From contig JBKPRU010000234.1 in NCBI GenBank assembly GCA_046734675.1, forward strand, positions 1 through 38,095: a stretch of DNA of 38,095 nt. Direction: 5' to 3'. The notes below the pieces were generated by a model. That model saw only the letters and a list, made by a program, of their open reading frames with translations. It was not told the origin of the DNA and did not search any database. Each line of letters begins with the position of its first letter. Within the stretch, counting starts at the first letter, position 1. A program made the translations under genes and the position numbers. The DNA comes from Acidobacteriota bacterium (GTDB taxonomy: Bacteria; Acidobacteriota; Vicinamibacteria; Vicinamibacterales; 2-12-FULL-66-21). Shown one piece after another: positions 26,839-36,799 of the stretch.

Positions 26839-28098
26839 TTACACGCCGTGCCCGTAGCCAAATTCCGCCGGCGTCGTCCCGAGTTCCTGAATCGCCGCTC
26901 CTGCGTTCTGCGACGGCGCCGGCGCGGTGGCGGGCGGCGCGGTCCCGAGCGTCTGCGACACGATGTAGGCGAGGTCGCGATCGCTCACGACTTTCTCGCG
27001 GTCCGCGTGCTCGATCACGGCGCGATACACGCGATCGAGATCCCGGCGTTCGAGCGTCAACCCGATCTGCTCGCAGCGGCTCTGCACGGCGTGACGTCCG
27101 GAATGCTTGCCGAGCACGAGCGTCGCCTGCGGCACGCCGACTTCCTCCGGTCGCATGATCTCGTAGGTGCGGCGATCCTTCAGCATGCCGTCCTGGTGAA
27201 TGCCTGCTTCGTGCGCGAACGCATTGCGGCCGACGATGGCCTTGTTCGCCTGCACGCCTTCGCCGGTGAGCGCGGTGAGCAGCTGGCTCGAGGCGTAAAT
27301 CTCGCGCGGGTTGATGTTGGTCGTGAACGGCAGGCGATCCGCGCGCACGCGCGTCGCCATCACGAGCTCTTCGAGCGAGGCGTTCCCCGCACGCTCGCCG
27401 ATGCCATTGATCGTGCACTCCACCTGGCGCACGCCGGCGCAGACCGCCGAGAGCGAGTTCGCCACCGCGAGGCCGAGGTCATCGTGGCAGTGCGTGCTGA
27501 ACGTCACCTGGTCGGAGCTCGGGACGCGATTGATCATTCCGTGGAAGAAGTCTTTGATTTCATCCGGCGTCGAGTAGCCGACGGTATCGGGAAGGTTGAT
27601 CGTCTTCGCGCCCGACTGAATCACCGCCTCGATCACGCGCCAGAGGAAATCCGGATCGCTGCGCGTCGCATCCTCTGCCGAGAACTGCACGTCGTCTGTG
27701 TACTGACGGGCCAGGCGAACCGCGTCCATGGCCGTACGGAGACACTCTTCACGGGTCATCCGCAGCTTGCGCTCGAGATGCAGGTCGGAGGTGGCGAGGA
27801 ACACGTGAATGCGACGGCGCGGCGCGGGCGTCAGCGCCCAGGCGGCACGCTCGATGTCCTTGGCGTGGCAGCGCGCGAGCGCGGCAATCACCGGTCCGCG
27901 GATGTGCGTCGCCACCATGCGGACGGCCTCGGCGTCCGCGTCGGACGCGATCGGGAAGCCGGCCTCGATGATATCCACCCCCAGGGCCGTCAGCTGATGG
28001 GCGAGCTTCAACTTCTCGTCGATGCGCAACGAAAAGCCCGGCGCCTGCTCGCCGTCGCGCAAAGTCGTGTCGAATATCGTCAACCGGTCAGCGGACAT
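26839..28098 (-). CDS. leuA: 2-isopropylmalate synthase, short form without the C-terminal regulatory domain, ending in a low-complexity tail and GYGHGV
   Basis: [56 protein letters not shown]. 419 aa; SD GGAGG. Confidence 0.93.
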   Translation of the reverse strand: MSADRLTIFDTTLRDGEQAPGFSLRIDEKLKLAHQLTALGVDIIEAGFPIASDADAEAVRMVATHIRGPVIAALARCHAKDIERAAWALTPAPRRRIHVFLATSDLHLERKLRMTREECLRTAMDAVRLARQYTDDVQFSAEDATRSDPDFLWRVIEAVIQSGAKTINLPDTVGYSTPDEIKDFFHGMINRVPSSDQVTFSTHCHDDLGLAVANSLSAVCAGVRQVECTINGIGERAGNASLEELVMATRVRADRLPFTTNINPREIYASSQLLTALTGEGVQANKAIVGRNAFAHEAGIHQDGMLKDRRTYEIMRPEEVGVPQATLVLGKHSGRHAVQSRCEQIGLTLERRDLDRVYRAVIEHADREKVVSDRDLAYIVSQTLGTAPPATAPAPSQNAGAAIQELGTTPAEFGYGHGV

Positions 28099-28140
28099 GG
28101 ACCCTCCTGGATCGGTTGTACCCGCCGGCCACCCCCTAAG

Positions 28141-28161
28141 TCCAATTTATATTTATTTGGA
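28141..28161. promoter_or_regulatory. AT-rich inverted repeat TCCAA-N11-TTGGA in the leuA/LysR divergent region; candidate LysR site
   Basis: Seen directly, in a strikingly AT-rich intergenic stretch. Confidence 0.5.
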
Positions 28162-28178
28162 TTAAATTAGATGCGTTT

Positions 28179-29051
28179 ATGCAGCTCCCGGATCTTGCTG
28201 CTTTTCTGGCCGTCGCCTCCGAACGGAGCTTTTCAGCCGCCGCCCGGCGGCTGCACCGCACCCAGCCCGCGATCAGCCAGGCGGTCCGCCGCATCGAGGA
28301 AGAGCTCGGCGAACGCCTCTTCGACCGATCGTCTCGAGATGGAACACTGACGGAAGCCGGGCGCTTGCTGCAGGACTACGCGCAGCGGCTGCTCGGGCTC
28401 GCCGCAGAAGCCCAGGTCGCCGTCCGCGAGCTCCAGGAAGTCCGCAAAGGGCGCGTCATCATCGGCGCCAACGAAGCGGCGGTCCACACCCTGCTGCCGC
28501 ACATCGAGAAGTTCTCGAGCTCACACCCCGGGGTCGCCATCGATGTGCGGCGCATCTCGTCGCGCCAGATGTCCGCGGCGGTGCTCGATCGCTCCATCGA
28601 CTTCGGCGTCATGACCTTTCAGCCGTCCGACCGCGGCATCCAGGCGCTGTCGCTCGGCACGGACGAAATCGTCCTCCTCACCGCGCCGATGCATGGGCTC
28701 GCAAGCCGCAAGCGCGCAACGCTCGAAGAAGTCGGACGGGAGGCCGTCATCGCGCATAACGATCCGTCGCCGACGCGCGACCGGGTCCTGCGCGCCTATG
28801 AACGAAAGCGGACCGCCATCAACATCCAGATTTCGCTGCCCAGCCTCGACGGCATCAAGCGCGCGGTGGAGATGGGGATCGGCGTCGCGCTGCTGCCGCG
28901 GCGTTGCGCGCTGACCGAGATTGCGCGCGGCAGCCTGGTTGCGGTGAAGGTGCCGGAGCTCGGCGCCACGCGCCAGGTGCGGCTCGTCTACCGAAAGACC
29001 GGCGAGCGCAGCCGCGCTGCGGAGGCCTTTCTCGAAGTGATCAGAGGATAG
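28179..29051 (+). CDS. LysR family transcriptional regulator, divergent from leuA
   Basis: FLAVASERSFSAAARRLHRTQPAISQAVRRIEEELGERLFDR...LTEAG, plus a substrate-binding domain. Confidence 0.95.
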   Translation: MQLPDLAAFLAVASERSFSAAARRLHRTQPAISQAVRRIEEELGERLFDRSSRDGTLTEAGRLLQDYAQRLLGLAAEAQVAVRELQEVRKGRVIIGANEAAVHTLLPHIEKFSSSHPGVAIDVRRISSRQMSAAVLDRSIDFGVMTFQPSDRGIQALSLGTDEIVLLTAPMHGLASRKRATLEEVGREAVIAHNDPSPTRDRVLRAYERKRTAINIQISLPSLDGIKRAVEMGIGVALLPRRCALTEIARGSLVAVKVPELGATRQVRLVYRKTGERSRAAEAFLEVIRG

Positions 29052-29060
29052 TCGACGCGA

Positions 29061-29672
29061 TCACCACGTGTTGGTGACGTAGGGCAGCCGCTTCGCGACG
29101 CCGCGCACCTCGTCGAAATTCTCGAGCAGGAGACCGGTCGCGTCCCAGCTGCCATCGAGAAAAGACTCGCGCGTTGCCGACGGAAGCGCAATCTCGTACT
29201 CCTTCCCCGCCGCCTTGACGCGCATCGACCGGAAATCGATCGTCACCTCAGTCGAGGGGTTCGCTTCCACCGCATCCATCAACGCATCGAGCGTGGCGCG
29301 CGACGCGGTCGGGCACGGCATGCCGAGGGCGACGGAGTTGCCGAAGAAGATCTCCGAGAAGGACTGCCCGAGGACGGCGCGGATGCCGCGCCGGCGAATG
29401 GCCTGGGGCGCGTGCTCGCGCGACGATCCGCACCCGAAATTCGAGTGCACGAGCATGATTGACGCGCCCGCGTACTTCGGGTTCGAGACCGGATGCGGCA
29501 TGCCGCCGCGCGCGTCCGCTTCATGCCGGTCGTCCTCGAAGAGATGATCCTCGAGTCCTTCGAAGGAAACCGACTTCAGGAAGCGGGCCGGGATGATGCG
29601 ATCGGTGTCGATGTCGTCGCCGCGCATCGGCAGCGCGGTGCCGCGGATGTCGGTGAGGCGCTCAACGGCCAA
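29061..29672 (-). CDS. leuD: 3-isopropylmalate dehydratase small subunit
   Basis: [37 protein letters not shown]. Confidence 0.95.
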   Translation of the reverse strand: MAVERLTDIRGTALPMRGDDIDTDRIIPARFLKSVSFEGLEDHLFEDDRHEADARGGMPHPVSNPKYAGASIMLVHSNFGCGSSREHAPQAIRRRGIRAVLGQSFSEIFFGNSVALGMPCPTASRATLDALMDAVEANPSTEVTIDFRSMRVKAAGKEYEIALPSATRESFLDGSWDATGLLLENFDEVRGVAKRLPYVTNTW

Positions 29673-31059
29673 TGGTGGCCTCCGCTGCCGCGAACTCCCG
29701 CACGTCCACGACCTCTCCCGCTACGGCCGCGGCCGCGACCATTGCGGGACTCATGAGCAGCGTGCGCCCGGTCGGACTTCCCTGGCGTCCCTTGAAGTTG
29801 CGGTTCGACGATGACGCGCAGACCTCGCGTCCTTCGAGACGATCCGGATTCATCGCGAGGCACATCGAACAGCCGGCGCCGCGCCACTCGAACCCGGCTT
29901 CGGTGAACACGCGATCGAGGCCCTCGCGCTCGGCCGCAGCCCGCACGCTCTGCGATCCGGGGACGACGAGCGCCTTTACGTGCGGCGCGACGTGGTGGCC
30001 GCGCAGGATCCGCGCGGCCTCGCGCAAATCCGACAGGCGTCCGTTCGTGCACGAGCCCACGAACGCGACGTCGATCTTCGTGCCTTTCAACGGCTGCCCG
30101 GGACGGAAGCCCATGAACTCGAGGGCCTCCTGATCGCCGGTCGACGGGATCCGCTCGTCCACCGCGAGGGACTGCCCGGGATTGATCCCCCACGTCACCG
30201 TCGGCTGAATCGCCGCCGCATCCAGCGTCATTTCGTCGTCGTACGACGCGTTCGCGTCCGACGCCATCGACGACCACCACCGGCACGCGCGCTCGAAGTC
30301 GTCGCCGACGGGTGCGAACGGGCGTCCGCGCAGATAGGTGAACGTCGTCTCGTCGGGATTGACGTAGCCGACTCGCGCGCCGCCTTCGATGGACATGTTG
30401 CAGATCGTCATCCGCTCGTCCATCGACATGCGTTGGATGGTGTCGCCGGCGTATTCGTAGGCGTAGCCGACGCCTCCCTTCACGCCGAGGCGGCGAATGA
30501 TCTCGAGGATGACGTCCTTCGCGTAGACGCCGGGCTGCAGCCGTCCCTTCACGGTGATGCGCCGCACCTTCAGCGGATCCATCGCCAGGCACTGCGACGC
30601 GAGCACGTCGCGCACCTGTGAGGTGCCGATGCCGAACGCAATCGCGCCGAACGCCCCGTGCGTCGACGTGTGGCTGTCGCCGCACGCGATCGTCATGGCC
30701 GGCTGCGTCAACCCGAGCTCGGGGCCAATCACGTGCACGATGCCCTGCTGCCCGCTCGAGAGATCGAGCAGCCGGATCCGATGCTCGTGCGTGTTGCGCT
30801 CGAGCGACGAGAGCATTTCCTCGGCCATGAGGTCGATGAAGGGCCGCCGCTGATCGCGCGTCGGCACGATGTGGTCGACCGTCGCGATGGTGCGCTCGGG
30901 GAAGGCCACCGCCGCGCCGCGCGCGCGCAACATGTCGAACGCCTGCGGGCTGGTCACTTCATGAATGAGATGGAGGCCGATGAAGAGCTGCGTCTGCCCG
31001 TTCGGCAGGCGGCGGACGGTATGCGCGTCCCAGACCTTGCGGAGAAGCGTCGTGCCCAT
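29662..31059 (-). CDS. leuC: 3-isopropylmalate dehydratase large subunit
   Basis: [51 protein letters not shown]. Start at [13 protein letters not shown]. Confidence 0.96.
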   Translation of the reverse strand: MGTTLLRKVWDAHTVRRLPNGQTQLFIGLHLIHEVTSPQAFDMLRARGAAVAFPERTIATVDHIVPTRDQRRPFIDLMAEEMLSSLERNTHEHRIRLLDLSSGQQGIVHVIGPELGLTQPAMTIACGDSHTSTHGAFGAIAFGIGTSQVRDVLASQCLAMDPLKVRRITVKGRLQPGVYAKDVILEIIRRLGVKGGVGYAYEYAGDTIQRMSMDERMTICNMSIEGGARVGYVNPDETTFTYLRGRPFAPVGDDFERACRWWSSMASDANASYDDEMTLDAAAIQPTVTWGINPGQSLAVDERIPSTGDQEALEFMGFRPGQPLKGTKIDVAFVGSCTNGRLSDLREAARILRGHHVAPHVKALVVPGSQSVRAAAEREGLDRVFTEAGFEWRGAGCSMCLAMNPDRLEGREVCASSSNRNFKGRQGSPTGRTLLMSPAMVAAAAVAGEVVDVREFAAAEATIGR

Positions 31060-31087
31060 GGTGAAGCGCCGATCGTAGCACGAGGGG

Positions 31088-31154
31088 GCGAGAGGCGATG
31101 GGCGAGGTGCGGGGCGCGGGGAGCGACGGCGCGAGGGCGACGGCGACGGCGACC
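31088..31154 (+). repeat. Degenerate tandem repeat: six GCGNNNN heptamers then four GCGANN hexamers
   Basis: gcgagag gcgatgg gcgaggt gcggggc gcgggga gcgacgg c gcgagg gcgacg gcgacg gcgacc. Confidence 0.7.
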
Positions 31155-31307
31155 GGTCGGACGGCTTCGACGTCCCCGCTAACTCGCCGCCGCACACGTC
31201 CCGACCTCGGCCGGCAATTTGCCTTCATTGCGCCTCGCATCCGTGCACCGCGGTTTTTCCCAGAAAAAAACGGCTGGTGGCAAGAACCTCGTACTCAGGA
31301 GGATTTC

Positions 31308-31605
31308 ATGAGTGCAATTACCAGACTTTCGCGATCTTCAAGCGTGGCAGGTCGGCATGGAGGTCGTCGAGCTCACTTACCGGCTGACGGCTGACTTTTC
31401 ATCGCGCGAATTGAAAACGCAGCTCGAGATCGCGCTGCGACTGCGATTCATACGTCCGGCAGCACCCGATGCGCACGGCGCAAGCCGTACAGAAGCTTCT
31501 GCGGACGATCGAGTCCGCTGCGGAGATCGCGTGCGAATGCGATTAGGGCTTTCGCTGTCGGGATGGGTGCTCAGTCCGGCGTTTCTGCTTCGCCTGCTCG
31601 CGTAG
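31308..31605 (+). pseudogene. Four-helix-bundle (23S rRNA IVP/bAvd-like) gene remnant
   Basis: SD GGAGG and ATG 31308 (MSAIT) are out of frame with DFRDLQAWQVGMEVVELTYRLTADF, which joins directly to ELKTQLEIALRLRF. The family's central QMRRAAVSIPSNIAEG-type segment is absent. The 3' limit is approximate. Confidence 0.75.
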
Positions 31606-31722
31606 CTGATGCTCTTTCATCGCCGCGCGTTCTTTGTTCTGCTCGTGCAGTGTCCCGTCGCCAGGATGCTCGCGGCCCGCGACTTTGTATTGTCCAGGGT
31701 TGACGTTGATGTGTTTGCTCAT
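31543..31722 (-). CDS. Small basic hydrophilic protein (59 aa), hypothetical
   Basis: MSKHINVNPGQYKVAGREHPGDGTLHEQNKERAAMKEHQLREQAKQKRR...; plausible codon usage. Confidence 0.6.
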   Translation of the reverse strand: MSKHINVNPGQYKVAGREHPGDGTLHEQNKERAAMKEHQLREQAKQKRRTEHPSRQRKP

Positions 31723-31784
31723 GATGAAACGGTACTCAAATCGATTGCCACGTCGGACGCGCGCCGACATGGCTCTCAGCCGCT

Positions 31785-31847
31785 CTCTCGCTTTTCGCTC
31801 TTCGCTTTTCGCTCTTCGCCCGTCGCCCGTCGCCCGTCGCCCCTCGC
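31785..31847 (-). repeat. Nine tandem heptamers NNNTCGC (GCGANNN on the minus strand)
   Basis: ctctcgc ttttcgc tcttcgc ttttcgc tcttcgc ccgtcgc ccgtcgc ccgtcgc ccctcgc. Confidence 0.85.
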
Positions 31848-31875
31848 GTCTCCCACGTCGGCGCGCACACACCGC

Positions 31876-31884
31876 TGCTATAAT
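31876..31884 (+). promoter_or_regulatory. Extended -10 promoter TG-C-TATAAT for pcrA
   Basis: Consensus TATAAT at 31879-31884, 14 nt before the ATG. Confidence 0.65.
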
Positions 31885-31898
31885 TTGAGGGTCCCTCC

Positions 31899-34178
31899 AT
31901 GCACTTCCTCGAGAAACTGAATCCCGAGCAGCGTGAAGCTGTACTGCAGATCGATGGGCCGCTTCTCATTCTCGCGGGAGCGGGATCGGGTAAGACGCGC
32001 GTCATCACCTACCGCATCGCATACCTCATCGGCGACGCTCATGCTGAGCCCGGTGAAGTGCTGGCGGTGACCTTCACGAACAAGGCTGCGGGTGAGATGC
32101 GGGAGCGCGTCACGTCCGTGCTCGGCGAGGACTGCAACGGCGTCTGGCTGTCCACATTCCACGCACTCTGCGCGCGGCTGTTGAGGCGTGAGGCCCCGGC
32201 GATCGGACTCACGCGCGACTTCGTGATTTACGACTCGTCCGATCAGGTCGCGGTGGTGAAGCAGGCGCAGCGCGAGCTTGGCATCGACGACAAGCTCGTG
32301 CCGCCGCGCGCGGCGCTCTCGCGCATCAGCCATTGCAAGAACCGCATGGAAGGACCCGATGCGCTGCGCGGCGCGTGGAACCTGCGCGACGAGCAGATCG
32401 CGAAAATCTACGAGCGGTATCTGCGGGCGCTCGCCGACAGCAACGCGCTCGACTTCGACGACCTGCTGCTGAAGACCGTCGAGCTGTTCGAGACGCAGCC
32501 GCACGTCCGCGAGAAGTACGGCCGCAAGTTCAAATACGTCATGGTCGACGAGTACCAGGACACGAACCGGCCGCAGTACATGCTGATCAAGCGGCTCTCG
32601 GAGATCCACCGCAACCTGGCGGTGGTCGGCGACCCCGACCAGTCGATCTACAAGTGGCGCGGCGCTGACCTCCGGAACATCCTCGACTTCGAAAACGACT
32701 TCTCCGATGCGAAGATCGTCCGCCTCGAGCAGAACTACCGCTCGACGCAGGTGATCCTCGACGGGGCGACGGCCGTCATTCAGCAGAACCGCAATCGCAA
32801 GGACAAGCGGCTGTGGACCGACCGCAAGGGCGGACGCAAGATCGTCTACTTCCGCGGCGGTGACGAGCTCGAAGAGGCGGACTTCATCACGCGCACCATC
32901 AAGCAGGCGCGCGCCGAGAACGTCGACACGATGATGGCGGTTCTCTATCGCGTCAACTCGCAGTCGCGCGCGATTGAAGACTCGTTGATGCGCGAGAGCA
33001 TCCCCTACAAGATCATCGGCGGCGTGCGCTTCTACGAGCGCAAGGAAATCAAGGACGCGCTCGCCTACCTGAAACTGATCATCAACCCGCATGACGACGT
33101 GAGCCTGCGCCGCGTGATCAACGTCCCGGCGCGCGGCATCGGCAAAGGCGTCATGGATGCGCTGCATGCCATCGACCCCGAGGCGGTCGTTGCCGACGCG
33201 CCGCCGCTGCTTGCCGCGGGACTCGCCGACGTCAGCTCGGCGCGATCGCTCTGGGCAAAGCTGGTCTACGCCGTCGACGAGAGCAAGCTCCCGAACCGCG
33301 CGGTCACGTCGCTTCGCGCCTTCCGCGATCTCATCGTCGGCCTCGCCGAGGCCGCGCGGACCGAGTCGGTCTACACCACCATCGGCAAGATGCTCGATCG
33401 CAGCGGCTATTTGAACGACCTGCGCGACGAGAACAGCGAAGAGGCGAACGAGCGGATCGAGAACTTGATGGAGCTCGCGTCGGCCGCGAAGGAATACGAG
33501 TCGCGCGAAGCGGAGGCCTCGCTCGGCGGATTCGTCGATCGCCTGTCGCTGCTCTCTGAAGCCGACGAGGAGTCGGGCACGCGCGAAGCCCGGGTCTGGC
33601 TGATGACGATGCACGCGGCGAAAGGGCTGGAGTTCCCAATCGTGGTCATCGCCGGCATGGAGGATGGCCTGTTCCCGCACTCGCGGTCGAACGAAGACCA
33701 GGAGGAGCTCGAGGAAGAGCGCCGCCTCTGCTACGTCGGCATGACGCGCGCGGAGTCGCGCTTGATTCTCACCGGCGCAGCGCGGCGCCGCGTCTTCGGC
33801 GAGTATCAGTCGACCACGCCGTCGCGCTTCCTCGACGAGATTCCCGGCGAGCTGATCGAGCGCGTGATGCCGGCCTACTCGTCAGCGCCGCAGGGCAGCT
33901 TCCAGCACGCGCACTACGAGTTCAGGACGAATCCGTACGGGCGCAAGGGAAAGGGCGCGCGGTTTCAGGAGGACTCGCCGGCTTATTCGTACGAGGACGA
34001 AGACCAGACCCCCGGCGGCGGTCTCCGCCCCGGGATGCGCGTGCGCCACGCGCAGTTCGGGGTAGGCACGGTGCTGTCGGTCGAGGAGCACACGGACGAT
34101 CTGAAGATCACCGTGCGCTTCAATTCGGTCGGACCGAAGAAGTTGCTCGCGAAGTTCGCGAAGCTCACGCCGGCATAA
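31899..34178 (+). CDS. pcrA: ATP-dependent DNA helicase PcrA/UvrD
   Basis: LAGAGSGKT, TFTNKAA, VDEYQDTN, VGDPDQSIY, LEQNYRST, TMHAAKGLEF, EERRLCYVGMTRA, and a C-terminal Tudor-like VRHAQFGVG. Confidence 0.95.
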   Translation: MHFLEKLNPEQREAVLQIDGPLLILAGAGSGKTRVITYRIAYLIGDAHAEPGEVLAVTFTNKAAGEMRERVTSVLGEDCNGVWLSTFHALCARLLRREAPAIGLTRDFVIYDSSDQVAVVKQAQRELGIDDKLVPPRAALSRISHCKNRMEGPDALRGAWNLRDEQIAKIYERYLRALADSNALDFDDLLLKTVELFETQPHVREKYGRKFKYVMVDEYQDTNRPQYMLIKRLSEIHRNLAVVGDPDQSIYKWRGADLRNILDFENDFSDAKIVRLEQNYRSTQVILDGATAVIQQNRNRKDKRLWTDRKGGRKIVYFRGGDELEEADFITRTIKQARAENVDTMMAVLYRVNSQSRAIEDSLMRESIPYKIIGGVRFYERKEIKDALAYLKLIINPHDDVSLRRVINVPARGIGKGVMDALHAIDPEAVVADAPPLLAAGLADVSSARSLWAKLVYAVDESKLPNRAVTSLRAFRDLIVGLAEAARTESVYTTIGKMLDRSGYLNDLRDENSEEANERIENLMELASAAKEYESREAEASLGGFVDRLSLLSEADEESGTREARVWLMTMHAAKGLEFPIVVIAGMEDGLFPHSRSNEDQEELEEERRLCYVGMTRAESRLILTGAARRRVFGEYQSTTPSRFLDEIPGELIERVMPAYSSAPQGSFQHAHYEFRTNPYGRKGKGARFQEDSPAYSYEDEDQTPGGGLRPGMRVRHAQFGVGTVLSVEEHTDDLKITVRFNSVGPKKLLAKFAKLTPA

Positions 34179-34179
34179 C

Positions 34180-34204
34180 CGCCCGACCTGAAGGTCGGGC
34201 CTAC
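34180..34204 (-). repeat. GTAG-type REP (GTAGGCCCGACCTTCAGGTCGGGCG), copy 1, overlapping the gyrA stop
   Basis: GTAG followed by the palindrome GCCCGACCT/AGGTCGGGC. Identical to the copy at 36705. Confidence 0.85.
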
Positions 34205-36693
34205 TCGGGGATCTCCGCCGAGGAGTCGGGTTCTCCGTTCTCCTCGTCCTTCTCGGCCAGTTTCGCCACGGACACCACCGCATCGCCGTCTTCCATCTCA
34301 ATCAGGCGCACGCCCTGCGTGGCGCGGCCGATCGTCCGGATGTCCCCCGCCTTCATGCGCAGAATCATCCCCTGCTGGCTGATGAGCAACACCTCGTCGT
34401 CATCGTGCACGTAAGCGATGCCGATGACCTTGCCGTTGCGGTCGGTCGTCTGGATGTTGATGATGCCGACGCCGCCGCGTGACTGCAGGCGATATTCCTC
34501 GAGCTCGGTCCGCTTGCCGTAGCCGTTCTGTGCGACGGAGAGCAGCGTGCCCCCTTCGCGCACGACCTCCATTGCAACCACTTCATCGTCGTCGCGCAGG
34601 GTGATGCCGCGCACGCCGTAGGCGCTCCGGCCCATCGGCCGCACGTCGGTTTCGTCGAAGCGGATGGCCATTCCGTCGCGCGTGCCAAGGAAGATCTGCT
34701 CTTTGCCGTCCGACACTTCGACGGCAATCACCGCATCCCCCTCCTCGATACCCATCGCGATGATGCCGCTCGGACGCGGGTTGCTGAAGGCGGTCAGGTC
34801 CGTCTTCTTGATCGTGCCCTTGCGCGTGCCCATCACGACGTACTGCTGGTCGTCCTGCTCGGGGAACTCCTTCACCGCCAGCAGCGCCGCGATCTTCTCG
34901 GCCTCCTGGAACTGCACCAGGTTCGCGATCGCCTTGCCCTTGCCGCCGGGCCCGACGTCGGGGATTTCGTGGACGCGCAGCCAGTAGGCGCGGCCGCGGT
35001 CCGTGAAGATCATGATGTAGGCGTGCGTCGACGCGATGAAGAGATGGCTGACGTAATCCTCTTCGCGCGTCCGCATGCCGATGCGCCCCTTGCCGCCGCG
35101 GCGCTGCGCGCGATACGTCGAGATCGGCGTCCGCTTGATGTACCCCGTGTTCGTGACCGTGATCGCCATGTCCTCGTCGGCAATCAGGTCCTCGATGCGG
35201 AACTCCCCGCTCTCGTCGATGATCTCGGTCCGGCGATCGTCACCGAACCGTTCGCGCACGTCCTTCAGCTCGTTGAGCACGACCTGCGTCAGCAGCTGAT
35301 CGCTCGAGAGGATCGCGCGCAGACGCTCGATGGTCTTCATCAGCTCGACGAGCTCGTCGAGGATCTTCTGGCGCTCCAGCCCGGTGAGCCGCTGCAGCTG
35401 CATGTCGAGGATGGCCTGTGCCTGGATCTGCGTCAGGCTGAACTGCGTGATCAACCCGTCGCGCGCTTCGGCCGGGCTCTTCGAGCCGCGAATCAGCTTG
35501 ATCACTTCGTCGAGGTGATCGAGCGCGATCTTCAGGCCTTCGAGGATGTGGGCGCGTGCTTCCGCCTTGCGCAGCTCGAACTCGGTCCGGCGCCGCACCA
35601 CCTCCCGGCGGAACTCGATGAAGTTCTCGATGACGTCGACGAGCGGCAGCACGCGCGGCCGCCCGCCGGCAATCGCCAGCATGATGATCCCGAACGTCGT
35701 CTGCAGCTGGGTGTGCTTGTAGAGGTTGTTGAGGACGACCTCCGGCACTTCGCCGCGCTTCAATTCGATGACGATCCGCATGCCGTCGCGATCCGATTCG
35801 TCGCGCAGGTCGGCAATGCCTTCGATCGTCTTCTCGCGATAGAGCTCCGCGATGTTCTCGATCAGCCGCTTCTTGTTGACCTGGTAGGGAATCTCGGTGA
35901 CGACGAGCGACGTCTTGTCACCCTTCTTCGATTCCTCCGTGGTCACGCGCGCGCGGACGGTGATCGCGCCGCGGCCGGTCGTGTATGCCTGGAAAATGCC
36001 GGCGCGTCCGACGATGAAGCCGCCGGTTGGAAAGTCGGGGCCGGGAATCGCACGCAGTACCGCCTTCAATCGCGTCTCGCGCGATTGCCCGCGCTGCTCG
36101 ATGCCGGCGATCACGCCGTCGATCACCTCGCGCATGTTGTGCGGCGGGATGTTCGTGGCCATGCCGACGGCGATGCCTGCCGAACCGTTCACCAACAGGT
36201 TCGGGAACGTCGTCGGAAGAACGGTCGGTTCTTCGGTGGTCTCGTCGTAGTTGGGGACGAAGTCGACGGTCTCCTTGTCGAGATCCGCCATCATCGCTTC
36301 GGCGAGCGCCTCCGGACGGGACTCCGTGTAGCGCATGGCCGCCGGGGGGTCGCCGTCGATCGAGCCGAAGTTCCCCTGGCCGTCGACCAAGGGATAGCGC
36401 ATGTTGAATTCCTGCGCGAGGCGGACGAGCGTGTCGTAGATCGACGCGTCGCCATGAGGATGGAAGTTCCCCATGACCTCGCCGACGATCTTCGCGCACT
36501 TGCGATAGGCGCGGTTGGACGCGAGCCCCATCGTCCGCATGCCGTAGAGGACGCGGCGATGGGCGGGCTTCAATCCGTCTCTGACGTCAGGCAGCGCTCG
36601 CCCGATGATTACGCTCATCGCGTAATCCATGTACGAGCGCTTCATCTCGTCTTCGATGTTTACAGGGACTTTGTTGGCGGCGATCTCGGTCAT
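34201..36693 (-). CDS. gyrA: DNA gyrase subunit A
   Basis: [36 protein letters not shown], GyrA-box QRRGGKG and C-terminal pinwheel repeats. Confidence 0.98.
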   Translation of the reverse strand: MTEIAANKVPVNIEDEMKRSYMDYAMSVIIGRALPDVRDGLKPAHRRVLYGMRTMGLASNRAYRKCAKIVGEVMGNFHPHGDASIYDTLVRLAQEFNMRYPLVDGQGNFGSIDGDPPAAMRYTESRPEALAEAMMADLDKETVDFVPNYDETTEEPTVLPTTFPNLLVNGSAGIAVGMATNIPPHNMREVIDGVIAGIEQRGQSRETRLKAVLRAIPGPDFPTGGFIVGRAGIFQAYTTGRGAITVRARVTTEESKKGDKTSLVVTEIPYQVNKKRLIENIAELYREKTIEGIADLRDESDRDGMRIVIELKRGEVPEVVLNNLYKHTQLQTTFGIIMLAIAGGRPRVLPLVDVIENFIEFRREVVRRRTEFELRKAEARAHILEGLKIALDHLDEVIKLIRGSKSPAEARDGLITQFSLTQIQAQAILDMQLQRLTGLERQKILDELVELMKTIERLRAILSSDQLLTQVVLNELKDVRERFGDDRRTEIIDESGEFRIEDLIADEDMAITVTNTGYIKRTPISTYRAQRRGGKGRIGMRTREEDYVSHLFIASTHAYIMIFTDRGRAYWLRVHEIPDVGPGGKGKAIANLVQFQEAEKIAALLAVKEFPEQDDQQYVVMGTRKGTIKKTDLTAFSNPRPSGIIAMGIEEGDAVIAVEVSDGKEQIFLGTRDGMAIRFDETDVRPMGRSAYGVRGITLRDDDEVVAMEVVREGGTLLSVAQNGYGKRTELEEYRLQSRGGVGIINIQTTDRNGKVIGIAYVHDDDEVLLISQQGMILRMKAGDIRTIGRATQGVRLIEMEDGDAVVSVAKLAEKDEENGEPDSSAEIPE

Positions 36694-36704
36694 GCGAAGG
36701 TCCT

Positions 36705-36787
36705 GTAGGCCCGACCTTCAGGTCGGGCGTGCTCGAATCAGCTCGAGGGTGGTTAGCAACACGCCCGACCTGAAAGGTCGGGCCTAC
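36705..36787. repeat. Inverted REP doublet (REPIN-like) between gyrB and gyrA
   Basis: GTAGGCCCGACCTTCAGGTCGGGCGTG (36705-36731, +) and CACGCCCGACCTGAAAGGTCGGGCCTAC (36760-36787, -). Confidence 0.85.
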
Positions 36788-36799
36788 TGGTAGATAGGG

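Noticed and set aside
31060-31197. Pro/Ser/Arg-rich N-terminal extension of LeuC or a leu leader peptide
   Set aside because: It is just the translation of the heptamer tract. A -10 box (TACGAT) lies 12 nt before ATG 31059 and there is no Leu-rich leader or terminator.
31785-31847. CRISPR array or diversity-generating retroelement
   Set aside because: The units are 7 bp with no spacers and there are no cas genes. No reverse transcriptase or template/variable repeat pair accompanies the bAvd-like remnant.
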